Assembly: GCA_040954595.2 (NCBI GenBank)
Contig: CM082597.2
Span: 5,399,244-5,463,243, forward strand
Source of the DNA: Balanoglossus misakiensis
Taxonomy: Eukaryota > Animalia > Hemichordata
Direction: 5' to 3'
Length of the DNA stretch: 64,000 bases
Notes under the pieces: generated by a model
The model's database searches: none
Told to the model about the DNA's origin: nothing
Seen by the model: only the letters and a program-made list of their open reading frames with translations
Shown here: positions 1 through 13,400 of the stretch, piece by piece
Numbering within the stretch: the stretch's first letter is position 1
Layout of the letters: the number at the start of each line of letters is the position of its first letter
Program-made: the position numbers and the translations under genes

Positions 1-129
1 TCATCATCATCGATGTCGACGTCGTGATTATTAATTTGATTCATCCAACATTTTCTTAACACCAGGTAAAACCGGTTCTGTGTAGCAAATCATAGGTTGG
101 AGAATTGACTGTTATGTACAAACACTTAC

Positions 130-1194
130 TTGTCCTCTGTCTGGATATCGACGACTTCCACGCGACTCAGAAACCAGGATGCGGCTGTCCCCTTGCCTGA
201 ATTGTCATGCCAGATCCGCAGAGATCTAAGTCGGCCAAGTGGACCGTGACATGCAATGATAAACTTGCTGATGCTTCCCTTTTCAAAAAGCTAAAAGGGA
301 AAATGTGCGCATTTTAAAAATAAATTCCCAATTTCAGTGATGTTTGGAACTATAAAATTCATATTGAACTTATTGTTTAAATGAACATTTACTTTGAAAA
401 CTTACCATATCAGTATCTCTCTCACCATCTTCCATCTTCCTGACGCCACAGTTCATGATACTCCCGAAGAGTGTGAACGATATTCTCGACTTGGTCCCAG
501 AACCGATCTTGGTACCCGTATGAACGTTGATTTGATAGTAATACCTGTGATCTGGATCGTTATCGGCCAATGGCAACACTCCCCACTATGCAAATGAGAC
601 AGACGAGACTTAACGTTGCAGATTATGATGTTGTAAACATCTCAATGCATTGTCATAAATTGGCAAGGCATGGTTATGTTTCGTGCAGAACCCACACGAA
701 TAAACGTGTTATCGATTTGGATACCATAATGAAACATTTAGGTAGAATGTATACATATATCCTTGATTAAGTATGCACTTCATCTATTACAGATTGTGAA
801 TAATGCAAAATGACAAAATTGGAATGCAGAAATAAAACAGAACTATGTTTTTTTTGAAAATCTGATAACTTGCTGGCTTTTGAGTAAGTTGCCATTCCAT
901 TAACCCAAAGCCCAAAGTCAAATTTCTAGGAATTGTACAGTACCTTAATCAAATCCTTCTTGTCTGCTCGTCTGCACAGGACAACTCCAATCAGATAGAT
1001 GCCAAAGATAACAAAGATGACGGTAAACACGGAGGCATTCTCGCCAAGGTTGGCGAATTTCTGGAAAACTGTTCCAAAGTCTATAGTATTTGGAGGTACA
1101 AAGAAATCTGTGGCGAACGAAGTCAGGTGGTTGCACCCACAAACGGTGGTTGTGGTACTCGACCATTCCAAAGGCTGAAATGTAAAACACATCG

Positions 1195-1276
<82 letters not shown>

Positions 1277-1472
1277 GATGTTATCGTCGTGAGTGGGTGA
1301 GTGAGCGAGTGAGTGTGAGTGAGTGAGTTTTATGTCTGTACCAATGAATGGAAATGTTTTTTTACCTTACAACCATCCTTATTCCACGTGTCTGTCTTCT
1401 CATCCCAGTACTTACAACTCATTGTTGTTATTTGAAGCGAGAAATCAGGCCAGGTTATATTTCCTGATTCGC
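130..1472 (-). CDS. PKD1-like gene: GPS motif, first transmembrane helix and PLAT/LH2 domain (exons 1366-1472, 944-1174, 406-585, 130-290)
   Basis: CKYWDEKTDTWNKDGCK/PLEWSSTTTTVCGCNHLTSFATDFFVPPNTIDF; TM1 VFTVIFVIFGIYLIGVVLC followed by RRADKKD; PLAT YYYQINVHTG...GSGT.S.I...LFG...LFEKGSISKF..LG.L..LRIWHDNSG....SWFL.RVEV.D. Confidence 0.95.
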
Positions 1473-4400
1473 CTATTATAGGAAAAGGAAAACAATGGCA
1501 TACATGAAGTAACCTTGCCCATCACCACAAATTTATATTGTTTCATTTTCTTGTCACAGCATGTAAGAAGTTAAAGTCTGATTATCCTGATGGTGTTATC
1601 TATGTATCTGGGATATATTTTCAAATAATATGCTAGAGAGAAAAAAAGCTCCTCACAAGAGAAGCATTGGTAAGACTTTTGCTTCCGGTGTATACCATGT
1701 CTATTTGACATAAATAAAAACACTGAACAGCTAAAATCTACCTTGTTCGGTTGGAGGTTCGTCTGTGACGTCATTAGATGTATCTGCTAACCGTAGTATT
1801 CCCACGTGGTAGTCGCCACTCTCGTTGATCATGGACGCCGGAACGAACACAGTGTAGTTCCATTCATCTCTCAGCGACTCGTCGCCCATCCCATCCGGTA
1901 TCTCATCGAAATCATCTCTGGGTAGCTGTTGCGAGACGTTGAATTCTTGGAGAGTTGGACTGTATCTGTATCTCAGGTATACGGTGTAGTTCCACGGCGT
2001 TGTTCCGTTGTCGTATTCAGGTGGACGTACAGTAATACGTATGGCTGTATTATTGTCTGCAATCTGAGTAAGGAAACCAGTTGTGAGGTCAGTATTTACA
2101 AAATAAGTGTAACGACGACAGATATGGTCAATATGTTGCAACTCCAAAATTCAAGTTACACGCATCCAATTTATTTTATCTGATAAAGTCTGTCAACAAG
2201 GACTAGGCTTGAGAACATGTGGTCTTTACATCTGTCGAGAAGATTCACTGAGGACAACATGCATGTACACTTGACCATGGTTTCCCAACACTAACTTCGA
2301 TGCGCCTGTAGTACATCTCCATGTTTTCTGTCAACACCGGCGCTACAATTTCCGGTTCCGGAACAGCTGGGTTGGCTATTTCGACGATGATGTCGTCATC
2401 AAGGTCACGGACTTCTATTGGCGAGCCGTCAGGGTTGTTCAGTTCCAACGACACCACTTTTGAGTCGAGTTTAGTTGATGTGTCATAGGTGAAGGGATTC
2501 TTGGTAGTTTCAGTCATCTTCAAGTCGAATAAGAAACAAATGTTTGAGATAATATTTTATTTTTCGTGTACCAGTGTTAAGATTGCTTCTGAAGTCTTTT
2601 AGATTCTATCGCATCAGATCAAGGTCCTAGCAAGCAACATGTAAGGTTTATTCATACATTCACTTTCCAAAATAAACTGATTCTCACCACTATACTAATG
2701 CCGTCTCCTTCGTCGTCGTCATCCGCGGCCGACTCGCCTCCACCGCCCAGCAGCGAAGACGATGCCGGTAACTTGAACGACCCACTACCGGTGCCAAGTT
2801 TCTTACCGCGCAGGTTCGACGGTCTGTCTCGCTGCAGGGACATGGTCAGGGATGACGTGTTGACTGAGACTGGGTTACTGCCCGGTGGCTTGCCTTTGAG
2901 AAGGGCTTCGGCAGTAGACTTCACGGCTCCCACGATGCTTTCAGCGACGAATTTGCTCTGCCAAGCAATGTACAGACACAACCTGGGTTTAGTGTTCGGT
3001 ATATCCCCTGACGAATTTACTGATGTACATTTGGGCAGTTGGGTGCTGGCCTTGGGCTAATTCCTACCACTGTTACATTGTTCAATATTTTCATTAGGTC
3101 CCTGATGTAACTAAAATAATACTTTGTTACTCGAACAACCCTCTATATATATCATGTCATGTCGAAACGTATTAGGTTTCCACTAGCGGTAGCTTTTGGA
3201 TTTTTTTTCCATTTTCTCCTTTGTCTCAACTTTGCTATCTCGGATGATTCATTTATTTTTTTAATTATACTATGCCTTATAGAATGATAGGGATTGCCTG
3301 CATTGCAAAATCACATGTGTCATGCATGCACAATTCGTTAAACTTTAAAAGAATTGTTACCTTTTCTCGTTCTGCTTCCAATTCTTCGGGCGACGGTTCT
3401 GTGTCGATATAGTCGAAGGAGGGCGACTTGGGATCCACTTTGAGTGCCTGCATGGTCTCAGCTGAGGTAGACGATGCCATGAGTACATTGCCTGCCCCAG
3501 ATGTGATATCTGCCGAGGAAGAGATTATTTGGAGTGTACCTCGGAGTGCATTGACTGTAGTATTTTGTCGTTATAATATGCTACTTTGAAAAATGGCAGG
3601 TCGTGGAGTTTTAAAGCAAGGTCACAAAGTAAACCCCTTAGATGTCCAAACCATGTATTTTGGGTAAGAAACAAATCGCACTGTACCTGTAGCCGTACCG
3701 ACCTTCTCCTCTTCTCGCATTGTGTCAAACGAAGAAAATGTGCTGGAAACTGATTTCAATGCTGTTGCTGCCTTTGCCTGCCGATACAGAAAGTAGACGT
3801 TGATATAACTGTAGTTATGTTATATTGATGATCAAACGCATAAAGCAACATGGAGCCCCAGATGCCAGAAATTGTATTATGAAAACCTGTGTACATTTTC
3901 ACAAGCAACATTTTCTATAACAAAAATCTACATTATTCTTACATGAGATTACCACTGTGATATTAATGATTATGTATTTTAGTTAAGCATTGTTTTGTTA
4001 TCTGCATTTGCTGTATTGGGGCCTATATCTTCTTATGGAACCACAGTGGAAACACGTGTTTGCTTTTCTGTGTTATCATATACCACTAGGAGTAGGTTGT
4101 TTCAATGTATTTCTGTGGGTTGTCAATATTTTTAGTGATAAATTGGTCAAATCAATCAAAGATAACTTGGATACCGTGGCTACGGAACGGTTAAGGTCGT
4201 CTCCTTCCTTTTAGAGTTAGATCAAATAAAACAAATGAGTGTTGCCAGTAGCCCTGATATGAAATACAATGGAAATCAAATACTAATCTTCTCGTATATA
4301 CCTGGGTGTCACCTTTGATTTCAGTTGGCGCGGCTGTCACCGAGTCCAGGGCCTTTGCAGCCTGTCCCACAGCATCGGCTGTAGTGACTTCACTCGACAT

Positions 4401-7400
4401 CTTCTCTAACCCGTTTATCATGGCTGTGCGCACCTAAAGAGAATGTGAGTATAGATATCTGAGCACTTATGCAACGAGTGTTCACATGTTACTACTAATG
4501 AACGCAAAATGACCCCCAAATAAGGAAGTAGTGAAGAATTTCACTATTCAACTAGTCCGAGTTCTTATTTCTGTGAATTGTGGTTTGTGTTTTCCCGTCC
4601 ATTTATGATGCAAGCCCGGGCTCGATGACTCCTGGCTTCTCAGATATGGTTGCGTAGTAAGGTATTTGAGTGTGTGGTTATGAAGGTTTGGGACACATAG
4701 TTTCAAATTGTAGGATCAAGATAAAAACATGCTCACAGAAAATCATAAACAAATACTTACCTGTGACCTTGCTTCTTGTGCTTCCCCGTTGTCCTCCTGG
4801 TGATAAAAAATTACAAATTATGAGATCTGACGTACATCAAGTACGCAGCAGCACGTATATATTTCCCCAAATATATATTGGTAATATGATGTACAGATGC
4901 CATATAATGTTCGACCTCCTCAATTTTAACAGTAAGGTTGTAAGTTAGGGGCGTGCAAAATCACTACACTTTGTAAAACTTTGATGGATTGCCAATACTC
5001 TTGTATTGGACATATTATATGATTAGATATATCTGATAGCAATGGGAAGGATTACACCCATAAATTGCCTTGATTTAAAGGGTAAGGTCAAAAGAAAGAG
5101 AGAGACTATAGTGTTTTGTTGGTGCTTGATATGAATATTCAGTGTGATTATGCATTTAAACATCAACACGCCTCACCTCATCACCTCCAGTATTTAACAC
5201 TGATGCTACGGCACAGATGAGAGTGGTTGCCTCGCCAACGTCACCACTACTGACCAGACTGTCCAGGACATTGTTCTCGCCAGTGGTCAAGTCCACGGCC
5301 CTGGCTGCTAAGTTCGCTGGGGCCAAAACCTAGCGATGCCAAAGATTATATAAGCCGTGTTAACTATGCAGATATTATCTTATACTTGATCATTTGAATC
5401 AGAGTATAGTGGAGGTTATACTAAGCCTTTGATTTGAACCTATCACATGGACTGAAAAATGTATTGAAATTCATAATCGAAGATAAGCTTCGTACATAGA
5501 AATTATTTCTAGCAGATGAAGTGTTGCTGTTAAACAGATTAAGTCAATTCTGTAAAGTATAAATGTGAGTAAATACACCGTAAAGATAAAATGGTAATAT
5601 TTGTTAGACAGGTGGCTGATACGTTGTACACAGTCCTACTTACCTGTACAAAATGAGGCAGTTCAATGTAATCTCCATATTTGTCGCTGATTCTAGCGAT
5701 GACTGTCAGGTTGCCAAGTTCAAAGTAATTGCCCCTTGTCTGTGTGTTGTTGCCGTTTTGCAGGAGTGTCCGAGTGGACGAGCCTGCTCTTGCTGTGTAG
5801 AAACTGTACGTCAGGTCCGTGGACGCTTCCAAGGGATCGTCAGGTCTGTCTGCGAGGTCGCCTTCGTCTAGCCAACCACTGCAGTTGACGACAAACTTGG
5901 TCTCAAGTGCATATCCTGTGCATAAATAACAAGACATAGATGTGGGAAATGATATTTTCCTAGATAGAGGTACAACTTGTCCATGTTTTCTTTGCAATGG
6001 TGAGTCATGATGTAATAGTAATAAAAAAGACCAAAACTTCCACTTCAAAATGCCAGATGAATCAACGATGAAGCCATGCCTATGCCCTACGGTACAGCAA
6101 TTTTGTTACCGGTGCCAACTTAATACATATTTACTTCTCTTACCTGTTGTTGGAAAAAGTTCACATTCTCCATCGTATGGTGGTAAGTTAGTGGTGAAAG
6201 CAAATTCGCCAGACGACCAGACTAATCTACCAGTGTTGGAAGTATAAACCACAACCACTTTGAGGTAATACTGCAATCCATTGTTCAACTTAAACGCGTT
6301 GATTGAAATACTCTGAGCATTCAGTCCTGCAATACAATAAATCGTTGCTTTTAGTAGTTCAATCAATAAGAAACCTCATTCATGAGCTTATAATAAACAT
6401 AAGATAATGTAAAGAAGATAGTGTAAGGTGTGGGTTTTTTTGGTACAGTATAGTTTACCATGCTATATTATACTGTAAGGTATTTGCGGTATATAGGTTA
6501 CGCATGTCATGATATACAGTACAGTACAGTACAGTACAGTACAGTACAGTACAGTACAGTACAGTACAGTACAGTACAGTACAGTACAGTACAGTACAGT
6601 ACAGTACAGTACAGTACAGTACAGTACAGTACAGTACAGTACAGTACAGTACAGTACAGTACAGTACAGTACAGTACAGTACAGTACAGTACAGTACAGT
6701 AAATGCAGTTGTATACCACAGTATTCAGAACATAAGTTTACTTTTCTCATCAGAGAATAACATGATACACACAGTTGAGTGTAAACACACAGAGTGAATA
6801 TTTTACAAAATGAATCAATTCCTACCAGTACTTGTGGCATCATCACTCATGTCCACATCAATCACCATCTGACTCTGCGGGTTATAGTTGTGCAGTGACC
6901 AGGTGTAGTTTTTGGACACACCGCTTGGGCAGTCCGTGCAATAAGCTTTGACAAGGATGATGTCTGAGGGATTAACCTTCACATGGTTTTCACCCTGTCC
7001 ACAATTAACTATGCACCTGAAAAGCAACAAGATTGTTGTATTAGTAAGAAGTATTAGTGGAAATATATTTCTGGGTTTACTGTCTGAAGGGGAATAGTGT
7101 AATGTGTTATCTAGCTCATTATAAATTAATACAGCAATGACAAATGACAAGGTGATGATGATGATTATGATGATGATGATGGTGGTGGTGGTGGTGGTGG
7201 TGGTTGTGGTGGAGGTTTATGTGGTGATGTGATGATGATGATGATGACGAAAACGGCGATGACGACGGCGTCGACGACGACGATGATGAGGATATTGATG
7301 ACAATTATGGCTGTGGTGGATACTCATGACGATGACGAAGCAAATCTTGGTGATAATGGTGATGGTGAGAATATCCACAGGTGTCAAGAAATAGGGGCAG

Positions 7401-10400
7401 TTCATGTTACTGTAGTCTCTAATCAAAAGGCAACTCAGAATAATGCATGAAGGTATTATTGTGTCACATATATCAAGGATTATGGTTGAAGTTTGGAAAA
7501 ATCACATTGCCATTTGATTATGTTGCATTACATTATATCCGATTTTTATTGCAACGTTGATACACAAGTCTTTAATTCAAGTTCTTTTTCAGGTTAATCA
7601 TATTATAGTGGCGTATGTAGAGAGTGAACTGCTTACAACAGCTGCATGCATGCAATAACAACTTTGGTATTTTTCGACTGTCACCACTTTCTCATTAATC
7701 ATGTTGACATGGTGATCATTTAAGCATTGTAGCAAGTCAGCTGTTCATGTTCCAGTGTTTATCTCTTGGGGCTTCCTTGTTAAAAGTTTGAATCGTATCC
7801 TGCATGCGCAACATGGTTTAATTATTATCAACGATGATAGTACGTCATGGACAAATATTAGTTATTGAAACACTTACGTTACATTGACTGTTGAAGGCAT
7901 CTTTGTCGTCACTGCTCTTGTAACTGCAGGCGTGGTACTTTGAAAGCCTGTGGTGGTAGAATATGCTGTAGTGGTCAGTAACAAAGTGGTGGTCATGGGC
8001 TCAGTGGTGGTTTGTTCAAGCGTGGTTATGAGGGGATCTTCGGTGGTAATTCGAGCTTCCGTGGTGGGCATGGAAGTCGTGGTAAGTTCGAGAGTGGTTT
8101 GATCAGCGGTGGTTGCTGGCTCAGCGGTGGTTTGATCAGCAGTGGTGGATTGCCCAGCAGTGGTTTGTTCAACTGTGGTGGTTTGTTCAACGGTGGTTTG
8201 TTCTACAGTGGTGGGTTCTACAGTGGTAGGTTCACTCGTGGTTGGCTCTGTACTAGTCAAATCTACGGAGGTAGTCGCCTCGTACGTCGTGTACATCTTA
8301 GTGGTCACCTCAGCACCTGTTGTTGCAGAAGGTGTAGGCGAGTTAGAAGTTGTGCTTTGCACTTCAGAAGTTAGTGCGTAAATAGTGGTGGCTTCTACGG
8401 TTGTGGTTAAGGATAAGGTACTACTAGTGGTCGGTGTATCTGTGGTCGACAACACTTCAGTTGTTGCTAGGAAGGTTGTGGCCACCTCGTCAGTTGTTTC
8501 GGCAACTGGCCTAGTGGTAGCACGGTACGTGGTCGGGGTTTCGGCGGTACTGAATCCTTCGGTGGTTGTGAGTCTGTCCGTGACAACACCTGTCAAGGAA
8601 GATGATGGTGAGACATCAGTCGTTGATGGTGTTTTCTCAAAGGTGGAAGGTGCAGTGCGGGTGTTGACAGTTGATGATGGGGTCGCTTGGGTAGAAGACA
8701 TAGAGGAGTGCGAAGACTGAAGAGTAGACGTGGGATGGGTGCTTGAAACAACAACAGTCACTTGTCCGGCGGAGTTCCCAAGGGTACCAGAGACGTCTGT
8801 TGGTTTCCCTGTCGTTCTATCTGTCAGGTGAAACGTTTCCAAATCCATCGGTGCTGATGTGGCGGTGTCCCCAGAGGTCAAATTTCCCTCAATCTCCTCT
8901 GTCAAATATCCACACATGGAATGCTATTTGTTCACGATGGTCAGACGCAAGACATGCTTGTAGAATGCCTCGATGCTCACTTCTAAATCACATACAGACC
9001 CCTGACATGCACTCGATGTGTTCCACTAAAGCGAGGACTTGCAACTGAAGTATGTATTGGTTATTGTCTACAGTCAGCTTACATGCTTCTTCATTATTGC
9101 CATTGTATGGAGCAGTTAGATTATAGGCAACAGCAATGCATATATTATCCTGTTCATATTATTTTTTAATTTAATAAATTTAATGGCCTATCTGATCTAC
9201 GTCATATACCTGACATTTCTGTTTTTTGTCTTATTATTTGTCGGGATGTGAATGATTCTATTATTTAGATTCGTTATTTGCTTGTTTTTTTTTATTCCAT
9301 GCTGAGAACCGAGGAATCTCACCTGTTGTTGGCTGGGAGGGTGAGGTCAGCTCTGTTGTGTAGCTCGAGTCTGTGCTGGGAAAGGTGGGGGTAGGCGGAG
9401 GTGTTGTCACAAATGTCGTGGTCTCCGCTGTTGTCATGTCAGGGGAAGTACTAACATCGGATAACGGTGTGGTTGTGTCACTAGGCGTAGATTCGTTACC
9501 CTCCTCTGTCAAATATCCACAAGGGAATACTATTTGTGCATGGTGGTCGGAATTAAGACAACTTCAGATTCCGCATGCTTGTACTGTACATCAGTGCTCA
9601 TTCTGAAAGCACATTTAGACCCCTGACATGCACTCGGTGTGTTCAACTAAATAGAGCACTTGCACCTCTACTATGTGCTAGTTATTGTCTATTGTCAGCA
9701 AGCGACATCAATATGTTAAGCACTAGTCTATGTGTGTAGAAAATTCATACTAAGTCATCAGTCTCACTGTGTGTAGCAGGTTGGTTATTGCCAACAATAG
9801 TGTATCTGACTAGATTATCTTAGTCCATGCTTTAATTTAATGAACATTATAAAGACTGCCATCATGTCTGACATTTCTGAACATTCGTTGTTAGTCATCG
9901 AGATGTATAGGGTTCCGTTAGCTAGTGCCGTGACTCCATGCCGAGAACCGGAGATTCTCACCTGTTGTTGGCCGGTAGGATGAGATCAGCTCGGTTGTAT
10001 AAGTTTCTGTGGTGGGAAAAGTTGGGGTAGCTGTAGGCGTTGCCCCAAATGTCGTGGTCTCCTCTGTTGTCGTGTCAGGGGCAGTGCTTGCATCAGTGGT
10101 TGTCAACAGGTTTGTGGTGGTAAACACGGTGGTGCCTTCGGTGGTTGTGGGCAGGTTGCTGGTGGAAGCAGTTGTTATCTCGGTAGTGGTCATGTCAGAT
10201 GCAGTGCTTGCATCGGTGGTTGTCAACATGTTTGTGGTGGTAAACATAGTGGTGCCTTCGGTGGTTGTGGGCAGGTTGCTGGTGGAATCAGTTGTCATCT
10301 CGGTGGTGGTAGGCGGGATTGTCGTAGATTCTTCTGTTGATAGAGATACAAGAGTACTCTCTCTGTCTGAATGATCACTGCCAGTTGTAATACTCACCAG

Positions 10401-13400
10401 GTGCGACGTGCTATCGTGCAAATCAGTGCTTGTGGAAGTGTGCTTCTGCAAAACCAGTGATGGCATTGTTGTGGTTGGTTTTTCTTTAGATGCTGAAAGT
10501 GCGTCACGAGGTGAGGTGATTTTAGAGTCAAAACTCGGTGCAGTGGAAGAAATTATAGAAGATGTTGCCTTCGCTCTATGATAGGGCGGCAAGGCTACTC
10601 TGCCCGTCACCTTTGATGTTGTGTTAGCATCCGAATAATCCATCCTGAGGCTAGTAGTGGCGACAGTAGTTTCTTGTGTGGTGACTTTGGGCGTGGTAAT
10701 TTTTTCTGTAGTTGCAACTGTCGTCAACTTTTGGGTAGTTTCTTCAGGCGTGGTAAATTTGTCTGCAGTTGCAACTGTCGTCAACTTGTGTGTCGTTTCT
10801 TCGGGCGTGGTAAATTTGTTTGTAGTTGCAACTGTCGTCAACTTCTGTGTAGTTTCTTCAGGCGTGGTAAGTTTGTCTGTAGTTGCGACTGTCGTCAACC
10901 TTTGTGTAGTTTCTTCAGGCGTGGTAAATTTGTCTGTTGTTGCGACTGTCGTCAACTTCTGTGTAGTTTCTTCAGGCGTGGTAAATTTGTCTGTAGTTGC
11001 AACTGTCGTCAACTTCTGTGTAGTTTCTTCAGGCGTGGTAAATTTGTCTGTAGTTGCAACTGTCGTCAACTTCTGTGTTGTTTCTTCGGGCGTAGTAAAT
11101 TTGCTTGTAGTTGCAACTGTCGTCAACTTCTGTGTAGTTTCTTCAGGCGTGGTAAATTTGTCTGTAGTTGCAACTGTCGTCAACTTCTGTGTAGTTTCTT
11201 CAGGCGTGGTAAATTTGTCTGTAGTTGCAACTGTCGTCAACTTCTGTGTTGTTTCTTCGGGCGTAGTAAATTTGCTTGTAGTTGCAACTGTCGTCACCTT
11301 CTGTGTAGTTTCTTCAGGCGTGGTAAATTTGTCGGTAGTTGCAACTGTCGTCAACTTCTGTGTAGTTTCTTCTGGCGTGGTAAATTTTTCTGTAGTTGCG
11401 ACTGTCGTCAACTTTTGTGTCGTTACTTCAGGCGTGGTAGATTTGTCTGTAGTTGCAACTGTCGTCAACTTCTGTGTAGTTTCTTCAGGCGGGGTAAATT
11501 TGTCCATAGTTGCAACTGTCGTCAACTTCTGTGTAGTTTCTTTACGCGTGGTAAATTTGTCTGTAGTTGCAACTGTCGTCAACATCTGTGTAGTTTCTTC
11601 GGGGGTGGTAAATTTGTCTGTAGTTGCGACTGTCGTCAACTTCTGTGTCGTTTCTTCAGGCGTGGTAAATTTGTTTGTAGTTGCTTCGGGCGTGGTAAAT
11701 TTGTTTGTAGTTGCAACTGTCGTCAACTTCTGTGTAGTTTCTTCAGGCGTGGTAAATTTGTCTGTAGTTGCAACTGTCGTCAACTTCTGTGTAGTTTCTT
11801 CTGGCGTGGTAAATTTGTCTGTAGTTGCGACTGTCGTCAACTTTTGTGTAGTTTCTTCAGGCGTGGTAAATTTGTTTGTAGTTGCAACGGTCGTCAACTT
11901 TTGTGTCGTTACTTCAGGCGTGGTAAATTTGTCTGTAGTTGCAACTGTCGTCAACTTCTGTGTAGTTTCTTCAGGCGTGGTAAATTTGTTTGTAGTTGCT
12001 TCGGGCGTGGTAAATTTGTTTGTAGTTGCAACTGTCGTCAACTTTTGTGTAGTTTCTTCAGGCGTGGTAAATTTGTTTGTAGTTGCAACAGTTGTATCAT
12101 GTGTGCTGAAAATTGACGTACTAAATTTACTGCTTCTTGACGTTACGCGAGTCTGCGCAGTCTTTCGCCCCATACCTTCAGCACCAAGTTTCTTTGCCAC
12201 AACATAGTACAGAGTCGAGTGTCTGGGAGATGTGAGGTCAGGCAAGGGGTCAGAGGTGAATCTTAAACTGCTGTGCACAGGATTTGATGACGTGAAGGGT
12301 GAGGTGCTGGACACTGGTGTGGTGATAAGTTCACGGGTGGTGGGGACGGGCGTTTCGGTTGATTGCAAGGAGGTGGGTGAAAGTGTGACTGAAATAGGAA
12401 AACAGAATTGTGATATTGCATCATTCCCCGTTATTCCCCCCCCCCCCAAAAAAATACATTTATCAGTCACTAATCATCGTGAAATGTTGTCATATCCCAA
12501 GAACATTTTAAGTGCTTGAAAAAGTACGGCCTAATATTGTTTCAACCGTTGAATGTACAAAAAAAAAGAAAAACCTATCATTAATTAATTTAGCCAAAAA
12601 ATTTTGTGATAATCGTTAGCGTTTTAATTAATTTTAAAAAGAAACGTTAACATTCTTGGGATATCTTCACGTTCAATGTAAAATCTAAGGTTAATTAAAA
12701 CCATTTTTAATATTGAGGAATATTGGTTATTGTTTTTTTAAATTTTATGAAACCTTCGAAAATGGCTACTCCTCACACAATGACCCGGAAGTGAAACCAC
12801 ATGAACAAAGGTTAGGACATGTATTTCACTTCCGGGTTCAACAAAGTAGAACACTACCTCTATCAAGTTCGCAAATGTAGCCATACAGTTGTCTGCAGGT
12901 TGAGTCCCTCCATAATCCGTTGGCAGTTGGTTTACTAGGATTGCCAAATAAGACAACACAGTATTCGTTGACTGCACAAGATGGAGTTAGTGATGACATG
13001 CAGAATCGTGCAAAGAAAAAAAGATAGAAACATTCAAAGTGTTAGTGGTGCAATCTTAGTAGTCCAATGAGTAATTTCAAGCAATTGGGACGTCCATAAG
13101 AGAGATTTCCATTCAATGTAAAATTTCTTCATTAAAGGTCCCCGATCTGTAATTTATTTGGCTATTGTTTCAGTAATTTTGTTCCGTGTATCAACCGTGA
13201 TTTCTTGTTCTAATCAGCTCTCTGGGGCAGGGTTGAATGCGTTGGATCAAGGTTCCCACCGTGGCTAATGTATGAACAACTGACATTGTTGTTGTTGTTG
13301 TTGTTGTTGTTTGGAATTTACTTTAAGTTCGAACCTGTATGTGTTTGTCAACAATAACAGTGATTGGTACACATACACGTAAACTTTTGACAAGCAGAAA

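Noticed and set aside
1-30. Similarity of (CAT)n-cgatgt..cgtcgtga to 1261-1292
   Set aside because: Low-complexity and truncated by the window edge; cannot separate duplication from convergence.
6460-7450. YSTVQ/YCTVL, poly-His and poly-Met ORFs (also 945..1238)
   Set aside because: Translations of intronic microsatellites.
8012-10374. Plus-strand Val/Gly-rich ORFs
   Set aside because: Reverse complement of Thr codons in the mucin exons.
10657-12207. Long plus-strand ORFs (516-aa Val-rich and 480-aa Cys-rich CSCNCRQLLC repeats)
   Set aside because: Antisense shadows of the 57-bp Thr-rich coding repeat; a stop-free unit with length divisible by 3 keeps other frames open.
12738-12977. ORF-track protein MQSTNTVLSY... 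(and 14858..15445)
   Set aside because: Wrong frames; the lectin exons here are read in other frames fixed by the splice phases.
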